Source: Anthoceros angustus (lineage: Eukaryota; Plantae; Anthocerotophyta). Taken from it: a stretch of 64,000 nucleotides of DNA. Below, in pieces: positions 46,642-59,792 of the stretch. The stretch covers positions 186,001 through 250,000 of the forward strand of contig VJWM01000179.1 in NCBI GenBank assembly GCA_010909165.1. The letters are read 5' to 3'. A program made the position numbers and the translations under genes. The notes under the pieces are model-generated. The model did not search any database, was not told where the DNA came from, and was given only the letters and a program-made list of their open reading frames with translations. Numbering within the stretch: position 1 is the first letter of the stretch; each line of letters opens with the position of its first letter.

Positions 46642-49600
46642 CACTACTACAATGCATCACTGTTTATGACGGCACAAAAGACGCTAAAATAACGGCAAGG
46701 GCTAAACAATAACGCCCCTCGGTTTGTCGAAAACGTTTTTTTCGGCGTCATTCAAAACACATCATATTCGAGAATTATGACGCGTTTGGCCCGGTTTTGG
46801 ATCGAATCTCCTTGACGATGCACAGGGTAGCCGTGGCCATTGACTGACTAGGTGTGGGCCCCACCGTGAACGGAACCGGAAGTTGTCCAAACCGGGACAA
46901 GTGACGGGCTCAACCATTCCGTGATGGGATCTCGCCGGCCCGCTCATCCCGATGTGGAATTTGTCCAACTATGCCGGTGCCACATTTTCCGTTCTTGGCA
47001 AAAGGCACGTGCCACCTGTGAATGGCATGCATTTAGCATACAACGCGCGTTCACACACGATCAGCCAGTGAAGATGCATGCGTCCCATCACACTATTTGC
47101 ATTTTCCGTGTATTGTCCAGATTGGTCGTGAAGGATGAATCTAGTCTGTCAGTGCAGTTTGTAAACCACGTACTGTTATGCTCGGAGACTTCATTTTCAA
47201 ATTCAAATTGAGGCTGCGACTCCGCCATTTGCAAATTACCACAATTGTAAATATGGATTAACCTTAGAGGTAACCCGGTGTAGACCTCGTTATAAATGAA
47301 TGGCCTACAACAATTTAAAGGTCATATTATCCACCACCAAGCTAATCGTCTCGCAGCGGTCTGCGGACACTCATTGACTCGGATACCCAGCGTCGTTTGC
47401 GAGGGAGGCACGCGTTTGCGATGCTCAAAGTGCGCACCATCGACTAGCAAAGCCACGCATACCAGGTCGTCATATATGAGGCATACTGGGTCCAAAGATA
47501 TTGGGGGCCCTTTGTTCTTCCTTCGCTTATTCTTTTCCTCTACACCCTCTTCTCCATCCCCACGCTTGGGGGCCGTTCTGAGTCTTCGCTTCAATGGGGC
47601 CTCCCTCGATGGGCACAAAGATTCGCAATCACACCGCATTAAAACATTGACCACCACGCCACAATGCTAGCGAACCCGAACATGCATAGCCACGATTGCC
47701 AACTTTTGCCACTAACCTCGCTCGAGATGGGCCAGGGTTCCCGGGACTTAATCACGCAACAAGGCAATCAAGGAGTGACAATGTGCATTAAAATTGATTC
47801 CATCATGAAGCAAATGAGCGTCTTGATAAATTGCTAACGAATTCCGTCGAGCCCGGGTTATTCTCCTAGTGGCCACTGGGGGTGGTGAAGTGGTTACGCA
47901 AGCGTGGTCCACTTATGTGTCTAGGAACACAGCCCTCCATCGATGCATGCATTGGCCGGCCAACGAGTCCGACGTAACATTCTCCTCTATGTCCCAAAAC
48001 CAACCAACAGACTACTCATGATAGGACATCGAATTGACCCAACTTGCTGGTATGGCAAAGTACGGTGCATGCAGATTGGCAAACCTTCCCCAATTGAAGT
48101 CCTCCAGGTCTTTGCTTTGCGTGCATCACGGAGTGACTTCACATTCTCAACTCCGTGGACAAGGCACCATTCCACCTCACGTTTTGATGGAAGAACTCCC
48201 CACCTCAATTTGAAAGACTTGCGAATCTCGTGGCACCTCCCGGCCATAAGGGTTGCAAGCACCACCATCGAACTTTTTCATGCGGGCCTCACAGAGCTCT
48301 GCTTTGTTGAGGTCGAGGCCAAACACCACCACCGGTCTAGCTCACGGACTCCAAATTGAACACACTGTCCATGCCTCCTCATGATCATCCATGCGAGATC
48401 GGGGTCATACCCCTTTCCTCATCTGCGCGCAATCTTCACCCTCTCTTGCACTTGGAAGTTTCGTTGCCTTGCACAAGCGGAAGCTTGTGATGGATGAAAT
48501 CCGGTTTGTGGCCTTGGGGAAAGTCCTGCCACTGCGTCAACCATCTCTCCTCGACGACATTGAGTGCTCGGTGTAAGGCTTCAACAATTTCAAGCAGTGC
48601 ACCAACTCATTGATTCGCTTGGAAGTTGGACTTGTCTGTGGTGAGAACACCAAAATTAGTGCGGACTCGTCCACCTTTGAGCCCTTTGACACACTTGCTC
48701 CTTCACAAGAAACTCGAGTTGCCTCCGGTCAACGCCATGCACCTTTAACGACCTTCAACACATCAGTTAGAGAGCAGGAATGATGTTCAATAAAGCACGG
48801 CAGCTGGGCTCGAGTGCGGGTGCTTCCACCAGCTTCGAGAATCGCCTCCAAATGATTGCCTCCGGTCATCGTCCGTCTCCTTCCCCATCACACGCAGATC
48901 TCGACGCTCTTCATCTTGATGAGGTGAAGCGACCTCACTACCCTCGCATTCTTGGACCATGTGTCCCTCAACGCGGTCCCTCATGGCAACGCACCTTGTT
49001 ACACGCTCTAAGCAAAGTAAAGTCCTCTGTAAGAACCAAACGCAAATAGCGGTGGTGGAGTAAGAGCGTAAGATCCGATGCTGTGGTAGGTGACACGCAT
49101 TCCCCCTTCACATGTTTTGCCATAGTACGATCTCTCGTGCGGCGCCAAAACAGTGTAAGCCCGCCAATGAACGAGACACGAAGAGCTTCAATTTGAATGC
49201 GATGCGGCGATTGCTTGCCCGCCACGTTTGCCACGAGGTCGTGCTTCCCTTGAAAGACCAGTTCACGCTGGACACAGGCGAAACTTCTTACAAGGTGGTG
49301 TCGACATGCCGGCGGCAAATGGAACTTTATTCATGACGGCTGGACCTCTCGAAGCAAGATACATTCCCAAAAAGGGCCCTCAAGCACCGGATCGTGTGAC
49401 AATGGCAGCACCATCTCGACATTTGCATTTCTCTCCGTACTCATTATGAAATACCTCGCCTGCAGCAACGTGGACGTCAACAAGAGTGCCGGATCGTGAT
49501 GGATGGCGTTTTCTCATCGTTTCCCCATTAGCCCCAATCGATGATGTCTATCAACAAGAAAGAAGGCGAGCTTTCCTATCAAGCGTCGAGGTATCCTTGT

Positions 49601-52600
49601 GTTATTCGTGTGAAACGTCCCTCGATCCCACCTAGCATGGACGCAGTGCATATCACCCAAGGCTCTCGGTTTGGCATGACGTGCGAACACTTGAGTAACA
49701 TGGGCGGGAAAGGTATAGGCCCACATCTGTGATTGCGGGCGTCGATAGTAGTGTCTAGTGTCCTGACCCAAAACCCGCAGGTCACGTTCCATGGTCGAGC
49801 CTTGGTTAAGGAACATTCGTACCAATGCACATTCGGGACAATGACGGAGAATTCACCTTCCGCAATGGACATCAGATGTCGAACAATTCTTCCAAAAATG
49901 TGGCCTTCTCAACAGCCCCCTTCCATCTCAAACTCGCCATGGACCCATGTCTTGGGTGGAGCTTCGTTTTAAGGCGTCAAACGCGTTCGGAAATGATAAC
50001 CCCTCGTGTTCGAGACCTCAGAAGATTTGACCCTTCGCGTGGCCGAATGCAAGAGCTCGAATATCGGCATGATCTGGGTGTCCCAGACCACCTCCCACTC
50101 GACACCTTCTTGCAACCAATCGATAAAGTTCGCACCTTCCTCGTTGGCATGCTCGCTCTCATTGGTGATAATACGAATCTGCACCAAATACCAATGTAAC
50201 TGCGTCATCCACCCCTATGGTAATCATCTTTGCTTGACCTATGGTGTGGTCTTCTTGAGGGGCTAATCGTATTGTTCCCTAGGCCTTGTGCATCATGAGT
50301 GTGTATCGTCCATAAACTCCGCCGTGAAGTTCATTGCTTCCATTGCCAAATACGGTTGCCATGGATCCTTGGCCTTGCCCTCACGCACGTGGTTTTTCGA
50401 CTAGGAGATATCGCTCCATAGGGTACATCCACCGTGTATGCACGGGCCATGCGATTCCACTTCATCCACAAGGTGTATAATAAGATGTTGCATCTTGTTC
50501 CAAAAATGTCGAGGGCATATCTTGTTCTAGCGATGAATGATCGATAGCCTCCAACTTCTTGGTTGGGATCTCGATGGAATCGCCCGGTAATCCAGTACAA
50601 GCTAGCCGAGGTAATGACATTCGCCTCGGTGGCATCCAAGAGTGCAATAGGTAGGTAGTATTGCATCATCAAACCGTGGCTTTTAAGTCGGTGACTTTAG
50701 GGCCACTAAAGCAAGTCTTAAGATTAGCCAAGGCGGTTGGAGCTTCATGGCGCGATCTCATCCTTCACGCTGCAAGTCCTCGGTGCCAGTACATACATCG
50801 ACGCTCGGCATGTGTTGATTCTCCCCATCCTCAAGCGCCCATAGCCATGGCTTAGAGTCATTCTCTTCCATATCGAACCGGCTTGCAAGGGTATCACCTT
50901 TCCCACTCAATGTGGCCCAAATTGCTTTGCAATTGTTTGCCTCCACGTGCATTCGTCCTTCACCCGAGCTTGCAAGTGACTGCAGATAAGGCAATGCACG
51001 AAGCAAGAGGGAGTTTCGTTTCACCCCAAGCGGCATGGCCCTAGTTTGAGCATCGCACTTGCCCATCGGGACATCTACCATGACATCGAAGCGGAACGGG
51101 AGTTGACGCCCAACTCGACTGGTTGTTAAAAGCTTCAACATTCAACGTCCTCGTGCATCGCCGGAGAAGGGCACCAACGCCGACTTCCTTCAAACAAGCA
51201 CTTGTCCAAATTCGGGACCATCGAGCATCCGTAGGCCACAATCGATGCAAGCGGCTTTACCGCGCACTTGTAAGCCAAAAAAGGAACCTAACCTGGGATA
51301 ATCACATGTGGCCACCACAAGCCCAGACCTTGAAGCGTCGTTTGCATCACCGACCGGGCCTCGAAATCTTCGCACACCTTCCACAGCCCCTGCAGCCCGA
51401 TACTAGAGGTTCGAGGTAGATGTCCATATTGGGTACTTGTCGGGGCGAATGATGGTGGATAGGATAATCCTTCCTTTCTTGGTCGACATCCATGGTGGGA
51501 AATTGTGAATGACCAGCAAAACCGCCATATCGAGTTACAATTTGACCTCTGCCACTGGTTCAATCTGCAAATGCAAACCTCACATTCTGTCTTCTTCTCC
51601 AAAATCTCCAAGCTGCATCCAAAGCTCTCCACGCTGGTGTGTCCCCTATGAACCTCATTTTCCCATCACGGCTCCGATTTTTGGACCACCAAGTCATGTC
51701 TCGCAAGGGCACCAAAAATGCGCCTCAATCGCTCCACCAATGGGAAATGCCGAAACTCTTCGAGAGCCGCCAAGCTCCTTCCCACTCTAGGGCGGGTGGG
51801 GTGAGGCGGAAAGGTAGTGGCGCTAGCACCCCAATAAATGATGCGGTCTGGGCAACAAGGAACCCGAACCGTGATTGAGAAACTTGGAGAAGGCGTTGAG
51901 CTTCTTGTCGACTGCATCGTGTTTGGGTGGGCAGCCCTCCTCGACTTCAAACAACCTTGACATTGCGCTATCGAAATGTTGAATGCCTCCTGTATTTGAA
52001 GCATCGTCCCCCGATAGGGTGCTTGCTTTCTCTGGCCCCGCAACATCATATAACGGGCCCGCCTCTGCGCGCAATGTCTCATGCCATTGATCCGGTGTGG
52101 ATTGCGTGCCCATTTCGTTTGCTTGAGCATAGCCCATCCGGTTCTTCAATATCCGGATCTCTTCCGGCTGCATCCATCGGGGCACTCGGTCGGCAAATCC
52201 GTGTTCTTCTTGCCACCGTGTCGATGGAGCTCATGGGTATGGCGGTGGGTGGCGGCTCGGTCCGGGGCTTGATCTTCATATTCCGCAGACTCGGGCATGG
52301 GGATGTGCATGGCTTGCAAGTTCATGTCCTCCGTCTCCATGTCCCTACGCAAAACTAGGTAATCGACATGCAAATCCATTGTGGGAAGCACGTGTGTGTC
52401 AATGAGGTACTACCGCGGCGGTGTGGTGCCTAGCATGGCGTAAAGCTATGTAAAGCGGATGCGTCGATTGTGGCGTGCAATCTGGCGAGCCTCGACTCAC
52501 GAGAATCGGCGATTCTCACCGCCCGACCATCGGTCTTTAGCTTCATCCAATTGCTAACGAGCGTTTTGGCGTGCCCGCTGATGTCAGCTCCAGTTACGCC

Positions 52601-53787
52601 ATCGGTCCCTCCGGATCAAAACCGAGTATAAACACGGGCGACCTTGGTGAGCAGATTGTGATAAGGCGTCTTGCGAGCTTTTACGCCTCGTGTGAAATGG
52701 GTCGTTTAAGTATGGCTTTATGTTTCATGCTGCGATTACACCTCGGTGGGAATCAGATTGACCCTTGAAGTCGGCCCTTCGGTAGGGCGTGATGCAATCG
52801 AAGCACCCGCTCATGTCGGTGTGTGCAAAGAGGTTTGATAAAACCATCTCCTTCAGTACAATCACGAGGCCGGTGGGAAGCGGGAGTTTTGATGACTCAA
52901 TCAAGCGGCGCATAAGCTTTCCATTTTGAACAAAGGCTGTGAGAGGCCACCAGTTACAAGGCCGCCGACAAGGTCCCGTGGTTGATCACATCCTCCAGCA
53001 ACTGTTGCTCTTCATGCACCGGTCTTTACGCTTGTTTGCTCATCCTATCCGTGAGGCCCTGCACCAACAACGAAGGAGGGACCGGATGGATGCGAATGGA
53101 AGGGCTGCATCCGTCTCCTTGAGAGCAATGTACAACGGAGCGTCAGAACATCTTTGGATCCGAGTGTCGGATGCGTGGGGTGAGACACACCTAAATGGGG
53201 CGATATTCAAGCGGCGTGGATGTGGGTGTAGCACGGGCGAGGCCGGGGGAGTCCGCCCCACCAATCCCAATTTGGACTTGGCGGCATGCCCCGATCCGCC
53301 ATGTGGTGATTATGTGTGCGTGCTTATCGCCCGGAGCGTTCCTTCCGCAATTTGGACACTGGACACGGACGGGTGTTCCAAGTCGCCGAGGCACCTATGA
53401 TAAGCGTATTTGGGCGAGAGTTCATCATTGCGGCGTGTGGCGATTGACGACTCGGGCCTGCCACTTGCGCGGTGCACCACCGGGACGTTGAATTGGTGGT
53501 GGCAAGCTGAGCTTGGATATGTGATGTTGTCCGCGCCCAAGAGCTTGGAGCATTCATCGTTGATATAATTGAAGAGATGCGCCGAAACCCCACTCTTGCA
53601 TTTGTCCGTTGTGGTGGAGGTTGGCACTCGCAACACGTCTTTTCTTCTTCCGTATTTGTTGGGGAGCAAGTTCGACATTCTCTGCGTCGACTTGGAACCT
53701 GCCTTTGAGTTTGCAAGCTCCAATCCTGTTACACGTGAGCCCCCCAACGATGAGCCACATCTGAGTGTGGAAATTGGTATGCAGTTC
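46642..53787 (-). mobile_element. CACTA (En/Spm) DNA transposon 1: left terminus plus internal region
   Basis: Begins CACTACTACAA exactly where the integrase homology stops, followed by ATGACG/CGTCAT-type subterminal motifs. Transposase remnants lie inside. The other terminus was not found in the window. Confidence 0.8.
49400..53780 (-). pseudogene. CACTA TnpD-like transposase (Transposase_21 / DUF4218-like), frameshifted
   Basis: YAYHRC...QCPNCG; QNVRFAFAD; CDYPRLGSFFGLQVRGKAACIDCG; RALPYLQSL...MHVEAN; LKSHGLMMQYYLPIAL; and a WMYP-like segment near 50420. Confidence 0.8.
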
Positions 53788-54079
53788 CACTACAAGAAAA
53801 TGAGGGTTTTTACAACGGTTTTTACAACGGGTGTTACAACGTGGCGTTGTAAAACGGCGCAACAACGCCGTTGTAAACCGAGAGCTTCATGACGCTAAAT
53901 TGCCGACATGGCCGCCTGTCAAAAGTGGTGATGTGGCGCCACATCATCGCCACATCACCAAGTGATGACATGGCATGTTGTTGCCACATGGCCTTCATTG
54001 CCACATCATCGGTGATGACATGGCATAATTTGATGACATGGCCCTCATTGCCACATCACCATGTGATGACGTGGTGCCA

Positions 54080-55140
54080 TTTTACAAAACCATTTACAAC
54101 ATCCCAATTGCAAAAGGAATTACAACATCTAAGTTTGAGACGCCTTGTGGGTACAACGCGCTTTACAACGACTGTTTTACAAAACCATTTACAACATCCC
54201 AATTGCAAAAGGAATTACAACATCTAAGTTTGAGACGCTGGTGTGGGTACAACGCTTTACAACGACTGCTTTACAAAACCATCTACAACATCCCAATTGC
54301 AAAGGAAGCAATTACAACATCTAAGTTTGAGACGCCCTGTGGGTACAACGCGCTTTACAACGACTGCTTTACAAAACCATCTACAACATCCCAATTGCAA
54401 AAGAAATTACAACATCTAAGTTTGAGACGTCTGGGGTACAACGCTTTACAACGACTGCTTTACAAAACCATCTACAACATCCCAATTGCAAAGCAATTAC
54501 AACATCTAAGTTTGAGACGTCTGTGGTACAACGCGCTTTACAACGACTGCAAAACCATCTACAACATCCCAATTGCAAAGCAATTACAACATCTAAGTTT
54601 GAGACGTCTCGGTGTGGGTACAACGCGCTTTACAACGACTGCTTTACAAAACCATCTACAACATCCCAATTGCAAAGCAATTACAACATCTAAGTTTGAG
54701 ACGTCGTGGGTACAACGCGCTTTACAACGACTGCTTTACAAAACCATCTACAACATCCCAATTGCAAAGCAATTACAACATCTAAGTTTGAGACGTCTTG
54801 TACAACGCGCTTTACAACGACTGCTTTACAAAACCATCTACAACATCCCAATTGCAAAGCAATTACAACATCTAAGTTTGAGACGCCTCTGGGTACAATT
54901 TTACAACGACTGTTTTACAAAACCATCTACAACATCCCAATTGCAAAGCAATTACACATCTAAGTTTGAGACGCCCTTGTGGGTACAACGCGCTTTACAA
55001 CGACTGCTTTACAAAACCATCTACAACATCCCAATTGCAAAGCAATTACAACATCTAAGTTTGAGACGTCTCGTGGGTACAACGCTTTACAACGACTGTT
55101 TTACAAAACCATCTACAACATCCCAATTGCAAAGCAATTA
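54080..55140 (+). repeat. Satellite array A, ~12 units of ~89-97 bp
   Basis: Unit: TTTACAAAACCATCTACAACATCCCAATTGCAAAGCAATTACAACATCTAAGTTTGAGACG(var)GGGTACAACGCGCTTTACAACGACTGC. I counted 12 CATCCCAATTGC cores. Confidence 0.95.
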
Positions 55141-57112
55141 GGTCGGATCGTGGGTGAGACACACCTAAATGGGGCGATATTCAAGCAGCGTGGATGTGGC
55201 CTGGCACAGGCGGCTGGGGGAAATCCGCCCCACCAATCCCAATTTGGACTTGGCGATGCCTCGATCCGCCATGGTGATTATGTGCGCAGCCAAAGCTATC
55301 GCTCGGGAGACGTTCCTCCGCAATTTGGACACTGGACACGGGCGGGGGTGTTCCAAGTCGCCGAGGCACCTATGATAAGCGCTGGGCGAGAGTTCATCAT
55401 TGCGGCGTGTGGCGATTGACGACTCGGGCCTGCCACTTATGGTACATGCACCAACCGGGACGTCGAATTGGTGGTGGCAAGCTGCAGGCGAGCTTGGATA
55501 TGTGATGTTGTCCGCCCAAGAGCTTGGAGCATTCATCGTTGATATAATTGAAGAGATGCGCATGAAACCCCACTCTTGCATTTGTCCGTTGTGGTGGAGG
55601 TTGGCACTCGCAACACGTCTTTTCTTCATACCGTATTTGTTGGGGAGCAAGTTCGACATTCTGCGTCGACTTGGAACCCCGCTTTGAGTTTGCAAGCTCC
55701 AACTTACACGTGAGCCCCAGCGATGAGCCACATCGAGTGTGGAAATTGGTATGCAGTTCCACTACAAGAAAATGAGGTTTTAGCGGTTTTACACGGTGTT
55801 ACAACGTGGCGTTGTAAAGCAGGCGAATAACGCCTGGGCAAACGAGAGCTTCATGGCGTTGTTGTAATTGCCGACATGGCGGTTCGATTGCCATGTCATT
55901 GGGGTGGTGATGTGGCGCCACATCATCGCCACATCACCAAGTGATGACATGGCATGTTGTTGCCACATGGCCTTCATTGCCACATCATCGGTGATGACAT
56001 GGCATAATTTGATGACATGGCCTCATTGCCACATCACCATGTGATGACGTGGTGCCATTTACAAAACCATTTACAACATCCCAATTGCAAAGGAATTACA
56101 ACATCTAAGTTTGACGCCCTCGGTGTGGGTACAACGCTTTAGCGACTGCTTTACAAAACCATTTACAACATCCCAATTGCAAAGGAATTACAACATCTAA
56201 GTTTGAGACGTTGTGGGTACAACGCGCTTTACAACGACTGTTTACAAAACCATCTACAACATCCCAATTGCAAAGGAATTACAACATCTAAGTTTGAGAC
56301 GTCTCGGTGTGGGTACAACGCTTTACAACGACTGTTTACAAAACCATCTACAACATCCCAATTGCAAAAGCAATTACAACATCTAAGTTTGAGACGTCTC
56401 GTGGGTACAACGCTTTACAACGACTGCTTTACAAAACCATCTACAACATCCCAATTGCAAAAGCAATTACAACATCTAAGTTTGAGACGTTGTGGGTACA
56501 ACGCTTTACAACGACTTTTACAAAACCATCTACAACATCCCAATTGCAAAAACAATTACAACATCTAAGTTTGAGACGTCGTGGGTACAACGCGCTTTAC
56601 AACGACTGCTTTACAAAACCATCTACAACATCCCAATTGCAAAGCAATTACAACATCTAAGTTTGAGACGTCGCGGGTACAACGCTTACAACGACTGCTT
56701 TACAAAACCATCTACAACATCCCAATTGCAAAGCAATTACAACATCTAAGTTTGAGACGCCTCGGGTACAACGCTTTACAACGACTGTTTTACAAAACCA
56801 TCTACAACATCCCAATTGCAAAAGCAATTACAACATCTAAGTTTGAGACGTCTGGGGTACAACGCTTTACAACGACTGTTTTACAAAACCATCTACAACA
56901 TCCCAATTGCAAAAGCAATTACAACATCTAAGTTTGAGACGTCTGTGGGTACAACGCTTTACAACGACTGCTTTACAAAACCATCTACAACATCCCAATT
57001 GCAAAAGCAATTACAACATCTAAGTTTGAGACGTCGTGGGTACAACGCGCTTTACAACGACTGTTTTACAAAACCATCTACAACATCCCAATTGCAAAAG
57101 CAATTACAACAT
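55141..57112 (+). repeat. Tandem ~2-kb duplication of 53165-55140, including satellite array B (56058-57112, ~12 units)
   Basis: GTCGGAT..GTGGG.TGAGACACACCTAAATGGGGCG restarts at ~55142. The flank, the CACTA terminus and the array are all repeated. Confidence 0.93.
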
Positions 57113-57339
57113 TTAAATTACAAATTTTAAGTATTATATATATAAGACAAACAAAAATATTATTAATAACACAAATATCTATTTTCAGCTTCTTTAAATG
57201 GGGCATATTTACAACAAGTGTTTTACAACGTCCTTTGTTGTAAATTTTGTATCTTGCACCTTGTTGTGCATTAGTGGGACACACGAGAAATGGAATGCTA
57301 CTACCAAATGCAAGCGATTCTAAACCCCAAAATGAACAG

Positions 57340-57768
57340 ATCCTCACACAAATCCACACATTCAACTCACACAAACTCACAACGGCCCACACAAACTCGC
57401 ACAAACCCACACTCTCACATAATCAGCGCCACAGGCTCTCACGCTCATAGGCTCGCCCGCTCACAGCTCACGCTCACAAGCTCACAAGCTCGCGCTCACC
57501 ACAAGCTCGCCTCTCAGCTCACAAGCCGCCGCCTCACAAGCTCACAAGCTATCGCTCTCGCCTCACAAGCTCATAGGCTTTTCAGCTCTCGCTCTCAGCT
57601 CACAGCTCTGCTCTCCTCTCACAGCTGGCTCACGACTCTCCTCTCTCAGGCTCACCTCAAGGCTCAATCAAGGCTCACAAGCTCCTGCTCACAAGCTCTC
57701 ACAGTGCTCATAGGCTCACAGCTCACAAGGCCACACACTCTTGCTCGCATAAAACTCACACACACACA

Positions 57769-57808
<40 letters not shown>

Positions 57809-57910
57809 TAAACACACAAACATAGAAGCCATTCCCACACAGACTCCCACAAACAAACATGGGGCCATTCCCACACACACACTCACAAACATTGGGGCCA
57901 TTCCCCAGAC
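57340..57910 (+). repeat. CTCACAAG-rich low-complexity tract and (CA)n microsatellite (57757-57806)
   Basis: Directly visible simple repeats. Confidence 0.9.
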
Positions 57911-59344
57911 ACACAAAGGGACATTCCCACAAAAAGCCGATGTCGTGATCAATTTCTAAGAGTTTCTAAGGAGCAACTAAAAGAAAGCACCAAACTAGAA
58001 TTCCTCGCTCCTTGATCTCTTCAAATTGGACTTGAGTTGAAGCCTCATTTCCTTCCTCTTCATGCTCTTCACCCTTGATGACTTGAGCTCTTTGGCGTAG
58101 TCCACCTAGCTTCAGAAGGCGTTGAGCTTCAAGCTCCCGTTCGATGAGAGGCCATGAGATTGAAAAACTTTTCCTGCATTTAGAGAGGGATACCTCAACC
58201 TCTTCAAATTCTTCCACCTCTTCCATGAGATGGAGTGGTTCAACTTCAACAAGTACTTCATCGTGGCTTCTTCCACACCGGTTGACCACACTTGGGAGGT
58301 TAAGGCTTCCCACCCGAGGGGCGGAGGCCACACCCGATCGCAAGAATCGAATATGTTACCAAGAAGCCGTGTTACAACAAAGCAGACTTGAAAGATCTTC
58401 TATAAGAACTACAGAGGAGAAAGATCCTCACTTAACCCGGCTTCAATCTAGGCACCAAATTGTCCAAAAACCAGCCGTCATCGTCCACTTGCTTGCGCCC
58501 AATGCCGATTACGGCTCCTATGGCAAATCCAAAAACAGAGTTAAAATAGGACAATCAAAACTTGCAAAGACATCAAATCAAAATCTTACCATCCAAATCA
58601 TCATCTTTGTAACCAGCATCCTTGAGGTCCCGCCACAATTGTTTGGCACCTATTCTGGGGTTGGAGCCAAACGCTCCGGATGAGGAAGATTGGCACGTCA
58701 ATATGTTTCAAGTTTTATTATCCAATTTCCGGCCTTCTTGCCTGCCTCTCTTGCTGAGGGCGTCTACCAAAAGAGTTGGTAAAACCGATTTGTAAACTTC
58801 ACAAACCCACCATTACCAAAGTGGGCATACGGTGGGCATCCGAGTTCAACTTCCTCAACATTGCTATGCGTTTTTGCGGACATCTCCATCCCGGCCTTGG
58901 CTTTTCATTCTCCACAATGCGATCCCGGTCACCGAGATATCACGAGGCTTATACTTAGGTGGATGATTACCCTCAAGAAATTGTCTTGCGCATCTTGCAA
59001 GATTGTTCTTCCAATTGCGCAACATGGTGTTGAACATTTGGTCACACACATGAGCCATGCTCCAAATCCCACCAACATCTCTTGAATGGCTCCACAATTG
59101 CTTGTGTCTCTAGTTTCTCTCCCGTTGCCAATCAATGGATCCATGAAGTGCCGCATTACCCACCTCAACCGAAATTGGAGCACTTCATAATCGTATGAAT
59201 CTTCTTTAATCCAACGACACATGAGAAGGAAAACATCGAATATGCTTGTACCGTGCGAGCATGTGGCTGTAAGTGGCATGTATAGGCCACATGCTTGTAC
59301 ATGCCTGCATGTGCATGTACATCCTTATGTTAGCCACCACACAC

Positions 59345-59792
59345 CGCATGTTTAGCTTGAGACCAAACGAGAAACACACACTGTTTAGGCTTGAGAGACC
59401 AAAGGAGAAACATGGGCGCCAAGGCCACACACCGCCAGCTTTAGGCTTGAGACCAAAAGAGAAACATGGGCCAAGGCCACACACCGCCAGCTTTAGACTT
59501 GAGAGACCAAAAAGAAACACGGCTCAAGGCCACACACTGTTTAGGCTTGAGAGACCAAAAAGAAACACGGCAATCAATCAAGGCCACACACTGCAGCATG
59601 TTTAGGCTTGAGAATAGAAAAATACGGCGACAAGGCCACACTTGGCTTTAGGCTTGAGACCAAAAGAGAAACATCGGCAAGGCCACACACTTGTGGCTTT
59701 AGGCAGACCAAAAGAGAAACATCGCAAGGCCACACTTTATTCGAGCTTGAGAGACCAAAAGAGAAACATTGGGCGATCAAGGCCACACACAC
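59345..59792 (+). repeat. Minisatellite of ~9 degenerate ~45-52-bp units
   Basis: TTTAGGCTTGAGAGACCAAAA(G)AGAAACA...AAGGCCACACAC is repeated in tandem. Confidence 0.9.

Noticed and set aside
54038-55141. 367-aa repetitive ORF and similar ORFs at 56203-57130
   Set aside because: These are by-products of translating a stop-poor tandem repeat, and the frame shifts between units.
54080-57112. CRISPR-like array (conserved repeat with variable inserts after GAGACG)
   Set aside because: The variable part is only ~3-10 nt and consists of indel variants of one sequence (TCTCGGTGT), not unique spacers. There are no cas genes and the context is a eukaryotic CACTA element. It is a satellite, and the variation is probably partly basecalling error.
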